Shown in pieces: positions 38,668 through 48,344 of a stretch of DNA of 64,000 nt. A program made the position numbers and the translations under genes. Origin of the DNA: an uncultured Lachnospiraceae bacterium (GTDB lineage: Bacteria > Bacillota > Clostridia > Lachnospirales > Lachnospiraceae); assembly GCA_900539715.1 (NCBI GenBank), contig UQDA01000013.1, forward strand, positions 8,235 to 72,234. The letters are read 5' to 3'. The notes beneath the pieces were generated by a model that saw nothing but the letters and a program-made list of their open reading frames with translations, was not told the DNA's origin and did no database searches. How positions within the stretch are numbered: position 1 is the first letter of the stretch; the number at the start of each line of letters is the position of its first letter.

Positions 38668-40382
38668 TCAACTGTATCCTCCCTTATCTTTGGCATATTG
38701 ATGATTATTTTTGTCCCTTCGTCCAGCTCGCTCTCTATTGAAAGTCCGTACTGCTCCCCGAAATATATCCTTATCCTGTCATTCACATTTTTAATGCCGA
38801 TGCCCGACTTATCTCCGGGTTCGTGATGCAATATCTGGCTGCACTGTTCCTCTGTCATCCCGACGCCGTTATCTTCCACTTCAAAGATGACTTCGCTGCC
38901 CCTCTCGTAAATGCGCACGATTATCTCCCCCTCATCTATCATGCGGTTTATCCCGTGATAGATCGCGTTTTCAATGAGCGGCTGCAATGTTATCTTATTG
39001 CAGTAATAGGATAAACAGTTTTCATCCACCTCAAATGAATAGGTAAATTGATTTTTGTAGCGGTAATTTTGTATTTTCAAATAACTGCGGGCATGCTCCA
39101 GTTCCTTCTCGATGGGGATCAGCTCATGACCTTTGCTGATGCTGATACGGAACAGGCGCGCCAGGGCATTGACCATTTCTACAGCCTCCCTGCTTCGCTC
39201 CTCTTCACACATCCATGCAATGGAGTCCAGCGTATTATATAAAAAGTGCGGATTTATCTGCGCCTGCAGCGCCCGCAGCTCCGTCTTGCGCAAAGTTACC
39301 TCTTCATTTCTTACCTGCTCCATCAGCTTTTGTATTCTCGTCACCATGTGCGCAAATGATACGGACAGCGTTTCTATCTCGCTTGCTCCTCGCACCGGCG
39401 CATAGGAAAAATCCTCCGCATTGGATTCAAACTGCTGCATCGCAGACGCAAGTCCCCTGATGGGATGGAATATCATCCTTGAAAATACGAGACTGCTCAC
39501 AAATGCCGCCAGTAAGACTGCCAGCAGAAGCGCTGCCACAAGAGCCGTCACTTCCCACAGCTTATCATTTACCATTTCACTGACAAAGCTGATTCCGACT
39601 ACCTTCCATCCATTTCCCTGTGCATCGGATACTGTACATATCGTCCCGTTTTCCGTCAGTGTCTCCCCTTCATAATCCTCAAGGAGTGTCCACTGCTCTT
39701 CCTTAAGCCCCGCATAGATAAGCTGCTGCTGCGGATGATAAATAAGATTTCCGTCCCTGTCCATGATAAAGCAGTAGCCATGATATCCGATACCCACGTT
39801 GTCCACATATCCTGCAATAGCGGAAAATTGTGCATCCATCACTACAAGACGCTCCGTGCCGTCCGGATCCTTCATCCGTTTGCAAACCGAAACAACCCAC
39901 GGATAATGATTGACCAGAAGGCTTTCCGCATGTGGTCTGGAAACATAAAGGCTGCCGTTTTCCGTCTTCTCCGCCATTTCCGGCCCCCAGGAAAGATTAC
40001 TCAGCAGCACTTCTTTCTGCTTCTGCTTTCCTGTCCAGCTCTCCAAAAGCCTGCCTGTTTCCAGATCATAGCTCGTGACCGCCACCACATCCGTCCTTGA
40101 CGAGACCAGATGGTTCAGCTCCTCCTGCCGGTTTTCGGACTGTGAAAAAATGCTTTCCGCCAGACCTATCCCATCCTCCAGCTCTTCCATATAGTTGTCA
40201 ATGATGCCGGATACCTGCTTGACCGCCTGCTCTCCTGAAATTCTGGCGTTTTCCGTCACGCTCGTCCGGTATACTGCGAGAAATACGAGCATCCCGACCA
40301 AAAGCGATACGGATACCATCCCCATCACAAGAAGTATCATGACTGCCGAACTGGATATTTTTTTTCTTCCTTCTTTTTTCAT
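38664..40382 (-). CDS. sensor histidine kinase (LytS/YesM family; 2 TM + HAMP + His_kinase + HATPase_c)
   Basis: HEL...NPHFLYN H-box and HATPase motifs. Confidence 0.85.
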   Translation of the reverse strand: MKKEGRKKISSSAVMILLVMGMVSVSLLVGMLVFLAVYRTSVTENARISGEQAVKQVSGIIDNYMEELEDGIGLAESIFSQSENRQEELNHLVSSRTDVVAVTSYDLETGRLLESWTGKQKQKEVLLSNLSWGPEMAEKTENGSLYVSRPHAESLLVNHYPWVVSVCKRMKDPDGTERLVVMDAQFSAIAGYVDNVGIGYHGYCFIMDRDGNLIYHPQQQLIYAGLKEEQWTLLEDYEGETLTENGTICTVSDAQGNGWKVVGISFVSEMVNDKLWEVTALVAALLLAVLLAAFVSSLVFSRMIFHPIRGLASAMQQFESNAEDFSYAPVRGASEIETLSVSFAHMVTRIQKLMEQVRNEEVTLRKTELRALQAQINPHFLYNTLDSIAWMCEEERSREAVEMVNALARLFRISISKGHELIPIEKELEHARSYLKIQNYRYKNQFTYSFEVDENCLSYYCNKITLQPLIENAIYHGINRMIDEGEIIVRIYERGSEVIFEVEDNGVGMTEEQCSQILHHEPGDKSGIGIKNVNDRIRIYFGEQYGLSIESELDEGTKIIINMPKIREDTVE

Positions 40383-41995
40383 ATCTCCTCCCCAGCGCTC
40401 TCCGCCATCTGTCTGCGCAGCGCATTGGGAGACAGTCCCGCATATTTTTTAAAGCAATAACTGAAATAATGCTGATCGCTGTAGCCGCAGCTTTCCGAAA
40501 TCTCCCGTATTTTTTTGTCCGTATGTAAAAGCTGCTGCCGCGCCTGTTCCATCCGCTGTCCGGTCAGATAATCCACAAAGCTCGAACCCGTCCGCTTTTT
40601 AATAAGGGCGCTCAGATAGTTCGGGCTCACCCCTATCTGCGAGCTCACGGAAACAAGGGAGATGTCCGGATCTGCAAACCCGTTCCGTATCATCAAAAGC
40701 GCCCGGTCGCAGGCATCCATACTGCTCTTTTGCTTTTCCTCGTCTATCTGTTCCATTGACATCAGACAAAACTTCTTAAATGCCTCTGCCGCCTCCGGAA
40801 ACGGTCTGTCCAGAAGTGTCAGCTGACGCGCCAGCAGTTCGCCCGAAAGCCCTCTGCCTTCCGTTTCACTGGAAACCGCATACTGCACGCGGCACACCGC
40901 CGACAAAAGCTCCAAAAGCAGGTAGCTTCTTTTTTCCCGCGCCGCCTTTTCCGTGGAAAGCTTTGCAAATTCCCGGTCCAGAAGCTCTTCTAACGCTTCC
41001 CTGTTTCCCGCACGCAAAAGCTCCTCTGCCAGAGCCGCTATCCGCATGACCTCTTCCATATCCGTTCCGCCGAAAGGCTCCTCGTCCGCGATGTAACGTA
41101 TTCCTCCGCCTGTACGTCCCGTATAGCGCATCGCATTGACCGCCTCACGATAGGCTTCGTTAAGCCCTCCCAGCTCCGCAGTCTCACGACTTACGCCCAT
41201 GCAACACGACAGACCCAATATCCTCTTTACGCTCTGCAAAATATCGTCGCACAGAATATGCAGATACTTTTCAAAAGAAGCGGGTGTTGCGATCAGAAGC
41301 GCCACGATACGGTTTTCCGCAAAAAACACCTTATGCCGCGCATATTTTTCCAGTATCGTATCCATCGCATGCACATGCCCCGTCTCCGTACGGTTTGACC
41401 CGCTTTCATCCAAAAGCGTTACCGCCATGACAACGAAGCGGTTGACCCGCTCTCCCGCCTGTACAAGCCCCAGCTCCCGCGCTGTCTTATAAAGACGTTC
41501 TTCCCGTTCCTTATCCGAGCTGTCCTGAGACGAATCCATCAAAAGCGGCAGCAGGAATTCCTCTGCGCCCCCGGACTCTTTTTTACGCTGTGCAAACTCC
41601 GCAAATATCGTATCCAGCCGCCTCTTTATCTGCACGAGTTCCGCCGTCAGCTCTGCCATCGTGATAGGTTTTAACAGATAGCTGATAATGTTGTACTGTA
41701 TCGCCTGCTGTGCATAGGTAAAATCATCATATCCGCTCAGAAAAGCAATCTGGGTCGCAGGACGCACTTCCCTTACCTGCCGCGCCAGCTCTATCCCTGA
41801 AATAAACGGCATCCTGATATCCGTCAGCAAAAGATCCGGCTCCAGCCTGTCCACCAGCTCCAGCGCCTCGATTCCGTTTTCCGCTTCCCCGACTACCGAA
41901 AATCCTATCTCTTCCCAGTTGATACGCCGCACGATCGCACTGCGCAGTTCCTCTTCATCATCTGCAACTACAATTGTATACATCTTCCCTCTCAT
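40379..41995 (-). CDS. response regulator, CheY receiver + AraC-type HTH (YesN family)
   Basis: Receiver domain with DLLLTDIRMP, and a C-terminal AraC HTH. Confidence 0.85.
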   Translation of the reverse strand: MRGKMYTIVVADDEEELRSAIVRRINWEEIGFSVVGEAENGIEALELVDRLEPDLLLTDIRMPFISGIELARQVREVRPATQIAFLSGYDDFTYAQQAIQYNIISYLLKPITMAELTAELVQIKRRLDTIFAEFAQRKKESGGAEEFLLPLLMDSSQDSSDKEREERLYKTARELGLVQAGERVNRFVVMAVTLLDESGSNRTETGHVHAMDTILEKYARHKVFFAENRIVALLIATPASFEKYLHILCDDILQSVKRILGLSCCMGVSRETAELGGLNEAYREAVNAMRYTGRTGGGIRYIADEEPFGGTDMEEVMRIAALAEELLRAGNREALEELLDREFAKLSTEKAAREKRSYLLLELLSAVCRVQYAVSSETEGRGLSGELLARQLTLLDRPFPEAAEAFKKFCLMSMEQIDEEKQKSSMDACDRALLMIRNGFADPDISLVSVSSQIGVSPNYLSALIKKRTGSSFVDYLTGQRMEQARQQLLHTDKKIREISESCGYSDQHYFSYCFKKYAGLSPNALRRQMAESAGEEI

Positions 41996-42027
41996 TCCGC
42001 TGCCAACGCAGCTGTTCCTTTGTACTT

Positions 42028-42657
42028 TTATTCCACATCCAGCGTCTTTTTCTCTCTGTCTGCCGTTTCTGCCAGCGCATTATTTACATCGTCTTCATAA
42101 TTGCGCATCTCCACCTCTATCGGCGTCGGGTCCTTTGTGATGCGCCTGCCTCCGATGTGATTAAAAAAGAGAATGATGCCCAACGCCAGCCCGACCGAAT
42201 AGGAAATCTCCAAAGCCGTGATTTTCCCGGCTCTTTGCCCGGAAATAAGCTCATATACCTGTCCGAACACTTCCCGTATCCCGATATCATTATGAAACGC
42301 CATGATGGTAAATGCCGCTCCGAAAAAACAGATGCCGCACACGAATAATATCTTCCCGTATCTGAGCAGCCCGTTTTTCCTGTCCGTTCTGACCAGCTCT
42401 GCGATCACCTGAGCTTCCCCGATGCTCTCCACCTCCAGATTCGGAAATTCCCGCTGCAAGAGCCGTATCACATACAGCGCGCTGATGACCTTCCTTCCGC
42501 CGTCTTTTTCCCGAAACCGGCATACCTTCATTACTTTTATCCTCGCAAGTATCTTTTCATCCCGACAATAAAATTTCCCGAGATTTTTCATGCACACCTC
42601 TTCCGAGGGCAGCTTCACATTTCGTTCCAGCTTCAGATACAGCGTTTCCTTCTGCAT
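42028..42657 (-). CDS. spoVAA: stage V sporulation protein AA
   Basis: AFHNDIGIREV, YSVGLALGIILFFNH and DPTPIEVEM match SpoVAA. The start is at MQKETLY with a GGAGGTG RBS. Confidence 0.7.
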   Translation of the reverse strand: MQKETLYLKLERNVKLPSEEVCMKNLGKFYCRDEKILARIKVMKVCRFREKDGGRKVISALYVIRLLQREFPNLEVESIGEAQVIAELVRTDRKNGLLRYGKILFVCGICFFGAAFTIMAFHNDIGIREVFGQVYELISGQRAGKITALEISYSVGLALGIILFFNHIGGRRITKDPTPIEVEMRNYEDDVNNALAETADREKKTLDVE

Positions 42658-42734
42658 TTTCACCTCCATGCCGGAGCTAAAACGCTCCGGCACAAAACTG
42701 TTGATTGAAAATAAGCCATCGGGTTTATTTTCAA

Positions 42735-42765
42735 TCTTATATCCCTTCCATCCATTTCTTTCTGT
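42735..42765 (-). promoter_or_regulatory. sigma-G-type forespore promoter candidate (GAATA-N18-CATACTA) upstream of spoVAA
   Basis: On the minus strand: GAATATTGATAACCCCATCCGTCCATACTA. Confidence 0.45.
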
Positions 42766-42790
42766 CTCATAGTATGGACGGATGGGGTTA

Positions 42791-43621
42791 TCAATATTCT
42801 TTCATCTTATCCTGCACGCCGTGTACCACAAACCTCTGCGTACCTCCCGCTTTCCCATAACAGGTAGATAATGTTACGACCGGCGCATCCTCAGGCAGAA
42901 CCTCCCTGCATCGATACAGCGATGCTGCCATTGCCTTTTCCAGATACTTTTCAGCCTGCTCCGCACTTTCCGGCAGCATATATGCGTCACTCCCGTCCTC
43001 CGTCACATAAAATGCCGCGATGCGGTAACGGTATGCAGCTTCTTTTGTAAACAGGTAAAAATAAGGGTCGCTGTCACACAGGCTGCCATCCCGTATCAAT
43101 TGCTTTAATCTGCCGAACATGCTTCCGTTTTTCATATTATGTCCGTACAGAAACGTATTCCAGTCCGAAAAGTCATCAGCCGCACCCTTATTCATAAAAA
43201 TAGCCCCTGAACTGTTCTCCTTTTTTTCAAAGGTATGAGTCAGATAATACAAGTCATCCTTCCCCTGTACAACCGGATATCCCAGAGAAAGCACCGGAAC
43301 CTCCAGCCATGCCCGAAAATCTCCGTTCACCGACTCCAGTGCGTCAAAATCTATCCCGACCGCCGGAAAATCTCCCGCCTGCTCTCCTGCGTCAGCCGTC
43401 TTTTTTTCTTCAAACTGCACGTACTCTTCCGCCAGTTTTTCGTACTCGGAACTTCCCTGTTTATATTCTCCAAATATCAGCAATAGCTGAACAGCGCTGA
43501 ACACAAATATTCCCGCAAAGATAAACATCAGGACAGCTTCTGCCGGACGTCTCCTTTTTCTTCGTCCTCTCTTTTTTTTGCCATATTTCAAATTCTTTTT
43601 ATCTTTCCCGGAATCTGCCAT
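42791..43621 (-). CDS. srtB: class B sortase
   Basis: N-terminal TM segment, LYGHN, and the catalytic TLSTC motif. Confidence 0.8.
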   Translation of the reverse strand: MADSGKDKKNLKYGKKKRGRRKRRRPAEAVLMFIFAGIFVFSAVQLLLIFGEYKQGSSEYEKLAEEYVQFEEKKTADAGEQAGDFPAVGIDFDALESVNGDFRAWLEVPVLSLGYPVVQGKDDLYYLTHTFEKKENSSGAIFMNKGAADDFSDWNTFLYGHNMKNGSMFGRLKQLIRDGSLCDSDPYFYLFTKEAAYRYRIAAFYVTEDGSDAYMLPESAEQAEKYLEKAMAASLYRCREVLPEDAPVVTLSTCYGKAGGTQRFVVHGVQDKMKEY

Positions 43622-43855
43622 CAGTCCCGCTCCTCTTCATCTCAAATAAGTGTCTGTATCGTTCCTTTGATAACAGCATCCGCCTATCCTTCTTTTTTTC
43701 TGCTTTCTTTCAGTATATCATACCGAAGCCACTGCCTGCAATCAAACTGAAACTATCCTGTTAACAACTTATCAGAACAACTGCTCACTCCAATATAAAA
43801 CAGCTTGCTTCGCAACGCTTTTTATACTGCGTCTCAATCTATCTCTAAAAATCAG

Positions 43856-43895
43856 AAAACGAATGGATACAAACCATATCCACTCGTTCCTAACC
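43856..43895 (-). terminator. intrinsic terminator ending the cobalamin operon
   Basis: On the minus strand a hairpin GAACGAGTGGATA/TATCCATTCGTT is followed by TTTCTGATTTTT. Confidence 0.65.
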
Positions 43896-43902
43896 GCTTA
43901 TA

Positions 43903-44145
43903 TTACTTTCTGTTTTTCAAATACTCTATCACCACATCATAATTTCCCGGTTGATGCGGAAAACTACAATTCGTACATATTTTAATCTTTTTACCTTCTT
44001 TCTCTTTATAAACCGGATTGCCCGGGCAATTCTCCAAATGATATAACGGGCAATAACAAAACAGACAATTGAACTCATCCGCTCCCTCATGACAGGGGAA
44101 ATATTTACATTCTCTATTTTCAAAAAAGCGATATGAATTTTCCAT
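43903..44145 (-). CDS. cysteine-rich small domain (zf-like) protein
   Basis: 80 aa with 9 Cys in CxxC/CP spacings. It is the last gene of the cob operon. Confidence 0.5.
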   Translation of the reverse strand: MENSYRFFENRECKYFPCHEGADEFNCLFCYCPLYHLENCPGNPVYKEKEGKKIKICTNCSFPHQPGNYDVVIEYLKNRK

Positions 44146-44146
44146 T

Positions 44147-45541
44147 TTACACTGCTTTCCTTTCTCTATATTCTCTGACCTTCTTTACAAATTTTTCTGC
44201 AAACACAGGATTAGAGGGATAATACAAATGCGGAAATCCGGCAAAACAGTTTCCTTTTTCTATGATACAGGGGTAACTTTTTCCTGTCACCGGTTTTACC
44301 GCCAGACAATCCTCTCCATTATCTTCACTGTCATAATAATGAAATTCATGCCCCCGTATCATTTCGCCTTTCGGTAAAAAATCACCATTTACCCCTACCA
44401 ATTCTATGTATCCGAAACGAACCAGCTTCCCGGTATTATAACATTTTGCAGGCAAAACTTCCGTCATTGTATACTCCTTGTTTTCTTTATCTGCAATGGC
44501 TGAATGAAGGTACATAAATCCGCCGCATTCTGCAACAATAGGCATATTATTTTCCGCTGCCTTTTTGATAGCATGGAGCATCGTTACATTTTGGCCCAGT
44601 TTATCTGCATACAGTTCCGGGTATCCCCCACCAAGCAGAATTCCGCAGCAGCCATCCGGCAAACCATTATCATGAAGCGGCGAAAAATACTCTATTTTTG
44701 CACCGCATTCTTTCAGCAAATCCAGATTATCCTCATAGTAAAAACAAAAAGCCTCATCCTTTGCCACCGCTATCACAGGTCTGTTTTCCCCCTCTGCCGC
44801 ACCTGCCTGCGTATCTGTAATCACAGGGAAGCCTTCCAGCTCTTCCGCATTTTCTGCCAGTTGAAGCACTGCATCTAAAGAAACAGTTTTTTGCAACTGT
44901 TCAGAACTCTCCTGCAACTGCTCTCTGATATCCGCTATCTCATCCGGCATCATCAATCCCAGATGTCTGCTTCCTACATGAAACTCTTTATGATCAGGAA
45001 AATATCCTAAAACAGCAATTGATAATTCCTGTTCTATCAAGGGCTTTATCATTTCATAATAGGACTTGGACATTCTGTTTAAAATAATACCTTTGATCAG
45101 CTTCTCCTTATCATACGCAAGAAATCCCGCAATCAGAGAAACCACGGAGCGCCCCATTCCTTTGGCATCTACCACTAAAATAATCGGTGTTTTCGTAACC
45201 TTCGCCAAATGATACGATGAAGCTTCCTCCCTGATGCCCCCCAGTCCATCAAAAAGCCCCATAACCCCTTCCAGTATGACGACCTCATCTTCTTTTCTGT
45301 TTTTCAGAAATAACTTTCGCGTTGTTTCCTCATCCGTAAAAAACGTATCCAGATTTTTAGCCGGAACATCAATCACCTTTTGATGGAACATCGGATCAAT
45401 ATAATCCGGTCCGCATTTATAGGAGATCACTTTTCTCCCTGCATTCTTAAAAGCCTGCAACAGACCGCAGGTAATGGTTGTCTTTCCGCTCCCGCTCCCG
45501 GGTGCGGCAATCATAACCCGATCCAGTTTCATTTCAAACAC
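44147..45541 (-). CDS. cbiA: cobyrinate a,c-diamide synthase
   Basis: An AAPGSGSGKTT P-loop and a C-terminal GATase domain. Confidence 0.9.
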   Translation of the reverse strand: MFEMKLDRVMIAAPGSGSGKTTITCGLLQAFKNAGRKVISYKCGPDYIDPMFHQKVIDVPAKNLDTFFTDEETTRKLFLKNRKEDEVVILEGVMGLFDGLGGIREEASSYHLAKVTKTPIILVVDAKGMGRSVVSLIAGFLAYDKEKLIKGIILNRMSKSYYEMIKPLIEQELSIAVLGYFPDHKEFHVGSRHLGLMMPDEIADIREQLQESSEQLQKTVSLDAVLQLAENAEELEGFPVITDTQAGAAEGENRPVIAVAKDEAFCFYYEDNLDLLKECGAKIEYFSPLHDNGLPDGCCGILLGGGYPELYADKLGQNVTMLHAIKKAAENNMPIVAECGGFMYLHSAIADKENKEYTMTEVLPAKCYNTGKLVRFGYIELVGVNGDFLPKGEMIRGHEFHYYDSEDNGEDCLAVKPVTGKSYPCIIEKGNCFAGFPHLYYPSNPVFAEKFVKKVREYRERKAV

Positions 45542-45586
45542 TCCTCCTTTCCTATACCCGGCATCTGTAATATCCCTTCCGGTCTT

Positions 45587-47614
45587 TTATCCGCAAAAAT
45601 CAAATGAACAAATCCACACGGGATTTTCTGCCTGCATCAAATGATACGTTCCAACACGCTTTGCCCTGCTTGCCTGTATTTGTACCACATCCTCATTTTG
45701 AATGGGAAACGCAGACAAAACCTCTTTAATTTCACAAATCGTTTCCATGCTGATCGCATTGATCACGACACGCATTTGAGAATTCTTCTGATATAATGCC
45801 GAAAGAATTTCTTTCATCCTCCCACTGCTGCCACCGATAAATGCATGCGTTGGTACCGGCAATTCTTCTAATCCATCCGGGGCTTTACCTGAAACAATTT
45901 CTATATTATCCAGCCCAAATTTTTCTTTATTTTGAGCAATCAGGGAAACCGCTTCCTCCTTATATTCCACGGCAAATACCTTAATTTCATCAGAAAGTCC
46001 GGCAATCTCTGCCGCAACGGAACCTGTTCCGCTTCCGATGTCATATACCACCGCGCCCTCATATAATTTTAACTTGCAAATACTTACTTCTCTTACCTCT
46101 TCTTTGGTCATAGGAACCTTATCCCGTATAAACTCCCCATCTTTCCTTCCATGAGTCAGCGTCTTTCTTTCCGGATCTGGATTTTTGATACAGCAGATAT
46201 ACAAACCATCCTCCTGTAATTGCATACATTCTTCCGGTCTAAGTTCCATGATCCGTTGTTCCGGGTATGACAACTGATATCCCGCGGTCACCGTACACTC
46301 CGTCAATCCGGCATTCAGCAACAGCTTTCCCAGTTTATGAACGTCTCTCAGTCCCGACATTAACAAAAAGAGCCTCTTTCCCTTGCGGATTTTTTTTGCC
46401 AGATCAGGCAACTCTTTTCCATGCATGCTGCAAATCACCGCATCCTGATAATTCTCCCCCATGCATGCCGCTAAGTAGGCAACAGAAGAGATTCCCGGCA
46501 TAACCGTAACGTCCGCCTGCAGTCTGCCATCATTTACCGCCCTTAGCAATGCGTCATACAGCTTCTGACAGCCACTATAAAAACCGGTATCTCCGGAAAA
46601 AAGAATCACGGTTTTTATATCATCCCTGCCGATTGTTCCTTTTGACATTTTCTCCAAATAGGGAATGATCTGTTCTGAGGTATAATATGGCATCTTCTCT
46701 ATTTTAGGCTGATACCCTGCAATCATTCTGTCTGCTCCAAGCAAAATATCTGCTTCTGCGATTGCCCTTTCAACCTCTTTGGTCAGACAATCCGGATTTC
46801 CCATCCCGATACCTGCAAGAGTTATCCGGAATCCGGTTTTTCTCCTGATCACCTGACCGCAAATCTTTTCCAGCTGCCCGCAGACTTCTTCAAACGTATG
46901 ACATTCCTGTTCTGCCGGACACCCTATCACAAATACCGGAATATCCAGATTTTGTGCCGCATCCAGTTTTTCCTGATATCCTCCGGCATTTCCGCTTGCC
47001 TTTGTCACCAGCCATTTTATCTGATACTGCCTCAGCATCGCTTCATTCATCTGCGTAGAAAACGGTCCCTGCAACGCTAAAATCTGCCTGCCTGCAATTC
47101 CGCAATCCATACAAAGCTGCAAGCTCTCTATTCCAGGTAAAACCCGGGCATAGAGTCGTTCCTTTTTGTCGATAAACTTAACAAAAACAGAAAGTTCTTT
47201 GCTGCCTGTTGTAAGTAAAATATTTCCATCTGTTTTTTCCAAAGCCCTTGCACAGGAAACGCTATCTTTAAAATACTGTATTTTTTCATAAGAGCTGGTT
47301 ACATTGCTTTCTCTCTTTAAACGCAAATAAGGAATATCCATATCCTGCATGGCACGTCTGATATTCTGTGTTACCACTTCCGCATAAGGATGAGTGGCAT
47401 CTACTACAGCCCCGAAATTGCCGTTCTTAATATAGATCTCCATTTCCTCCCGGTCCATCCTGCCTTCATGGACTTTTACACAGGGATGCTCCTTTAACAC
47501 AATTTTACCATATTCGGTAGCCACGCACAGGGTATGTGCGATTCCTGCCGCCGCCAAATACTCCGATAATTCTCTACCTTCCGTTGTTCCTGCAAAGATC
47601 AGTATTTCTTTCAA
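45587..47614 (-). CDS. cbiJET: fused precorrin-6A reductase / precorrin-6Y C5,15-methyltransferase (decarboxylating) CbiJ-CbiE-CbiT
   Basis: An N-terminal CobK-like domain (IFAGTTEGRE), a central tetrapyrrole methylase domain, and a C-terminal CbiT class-I methyltransferase (DIGSGTGS). Confidence 0.8.
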   Translation of the reverse strand: MKEILIFAGTTEGRELSEYLAAAGIAHTLCVATEYGKIVLKEHPCVKVHEGRMDREEMEIYIKNGNFGAVVDATHPYAEVVTQNIRRAMQDMDIPYLRLKRESNVTSSYEKIQYFKDSVSCARALEKTDGNILLTTGSKELSVFVKFIDKKERLYARVLPGIESLQLCMDCGIAGRQILALQGPFSTQMNEAMLRQYQIKWLVTKASGNAGGYQEKLDAAQNLDIPVFVIGCPAEQECHTFEEVCGQLEKICGQVIRRKTGFRITLAGIGMGNPDCLTKEVERAIAEADILLGADRMIAGYQPKIEKMPYYTSEQIIPYLEKMSKGTIGRDDIKTVILFSGDTGFYSGCQKLYDALLRAVNDGRLQADVTVMPGISSVAYLAACMGENYQDAVICSMHGKELPDLAKKIRKGKRLFLLMSGLRDVHKLGKLLLNAGLTECTVTAGYQLSYPEQRIMELRPEECMQLQEDGLYICCIKNPDPERKTLTHGRKDGEFIRDKVPMTKEEVREVSICKLKLYEGAVVYDIGSGTGSVAAEIAGLSDEIKVFAVEYKEEAVSLIAQNKEKFGLDNIEIVSGKAPDGLEELPVPTHAFIGGSSGRMKEILSALYQKNSQMRVVINAISMETICEIKEVLSAFPIQNEDVVQIQASRAKRVGTYHLMQAENPVWICSFDFCG

Positions 47615-48344
47615 GTTGATAACCTCGTTTCGTAATCAGTTTTCCGTTTACGAGCTCTGAACCGGAATTGCCTATAAAAACCGTGGTAAACATATTCACC
47701 TGTGTTTCTCTTAATTCCTTCAAGGTGCAGGTTACTGCCTTTGTCCCTTCCCTGCCAATATTTTCCACATATCCGCAGGGTCTGTCCTCCTCTATCACAC
47801 GAAGCAGAATATCGCAGGCCCGCATTAAATAATCTTTTCTTTTATGACTGGACGGATTATAAATTGCCATGGCAAAATCACCCTCTGCCGCAGCTGTCAG
47901 CCGTTTCTCTATTTTCTCCCAGGGTGTCAGCAGATCGCTTAAACTGATCACACAAAAATCATGATTCAGCGGCGCCCCCAAAACTGCCGCTCCGCTGTTC
48001 GCTGCAGTAATACCGGGAATTACAATAAGCTCCGTTTCCGGATATTCTTTTCCCATCTCATACATCAAAGATGCCAGTCCATAAATTCCTGCATCGCCGC
48101 TGCAGATCAATGCTACCCTCTTCCCTTTCGCCGCTTCTTCAAAGCATAGCCTGCAACGCTCCGTTTCCTGCCGCATGGGCGTGACCAGCATTTCTTTTCC
48201 TGCAAAACGCTCCCCCAGTAACTTCACATAAACAGTATAGCCGATGATAACATCTGAATTCTCCAGACCCCAAATTGCTTCTCCGGTCATCATTTCTTCT
48301 TTTCCCGGGCCTATTCCTATGATATATATCTTACTTTTCATCAA
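47574..48344 (-). CDS. cbiH: precorrin-3B C17-methyltransferase
   Basis: Tetrapyrrole methylase fold (IIGIGPG). Confidence 0.8.
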   Translation of the reverse strand: MMKSKIYIIGIGPGKEEMMTGEAIWGLENSDVIIGYTVYVKLLGERFAGKEMLVTPMRQETERCRLCFEEAAKGKRVALICSGDAGIYGLASLMYEMGKEYPETELIVIPGITAANSGAAVLGAPLNHDFCVISLSDLLTPWEKIEKRLTAAAEGDFAMAIYNPSSHKRKDYLMRACDILLRVIEEDRPCGYVENIGREGTKAVTCTLKELRETQVNMFTTVFIGNSGSELVNGKLITKRGYQLERNTDLCRNNGR

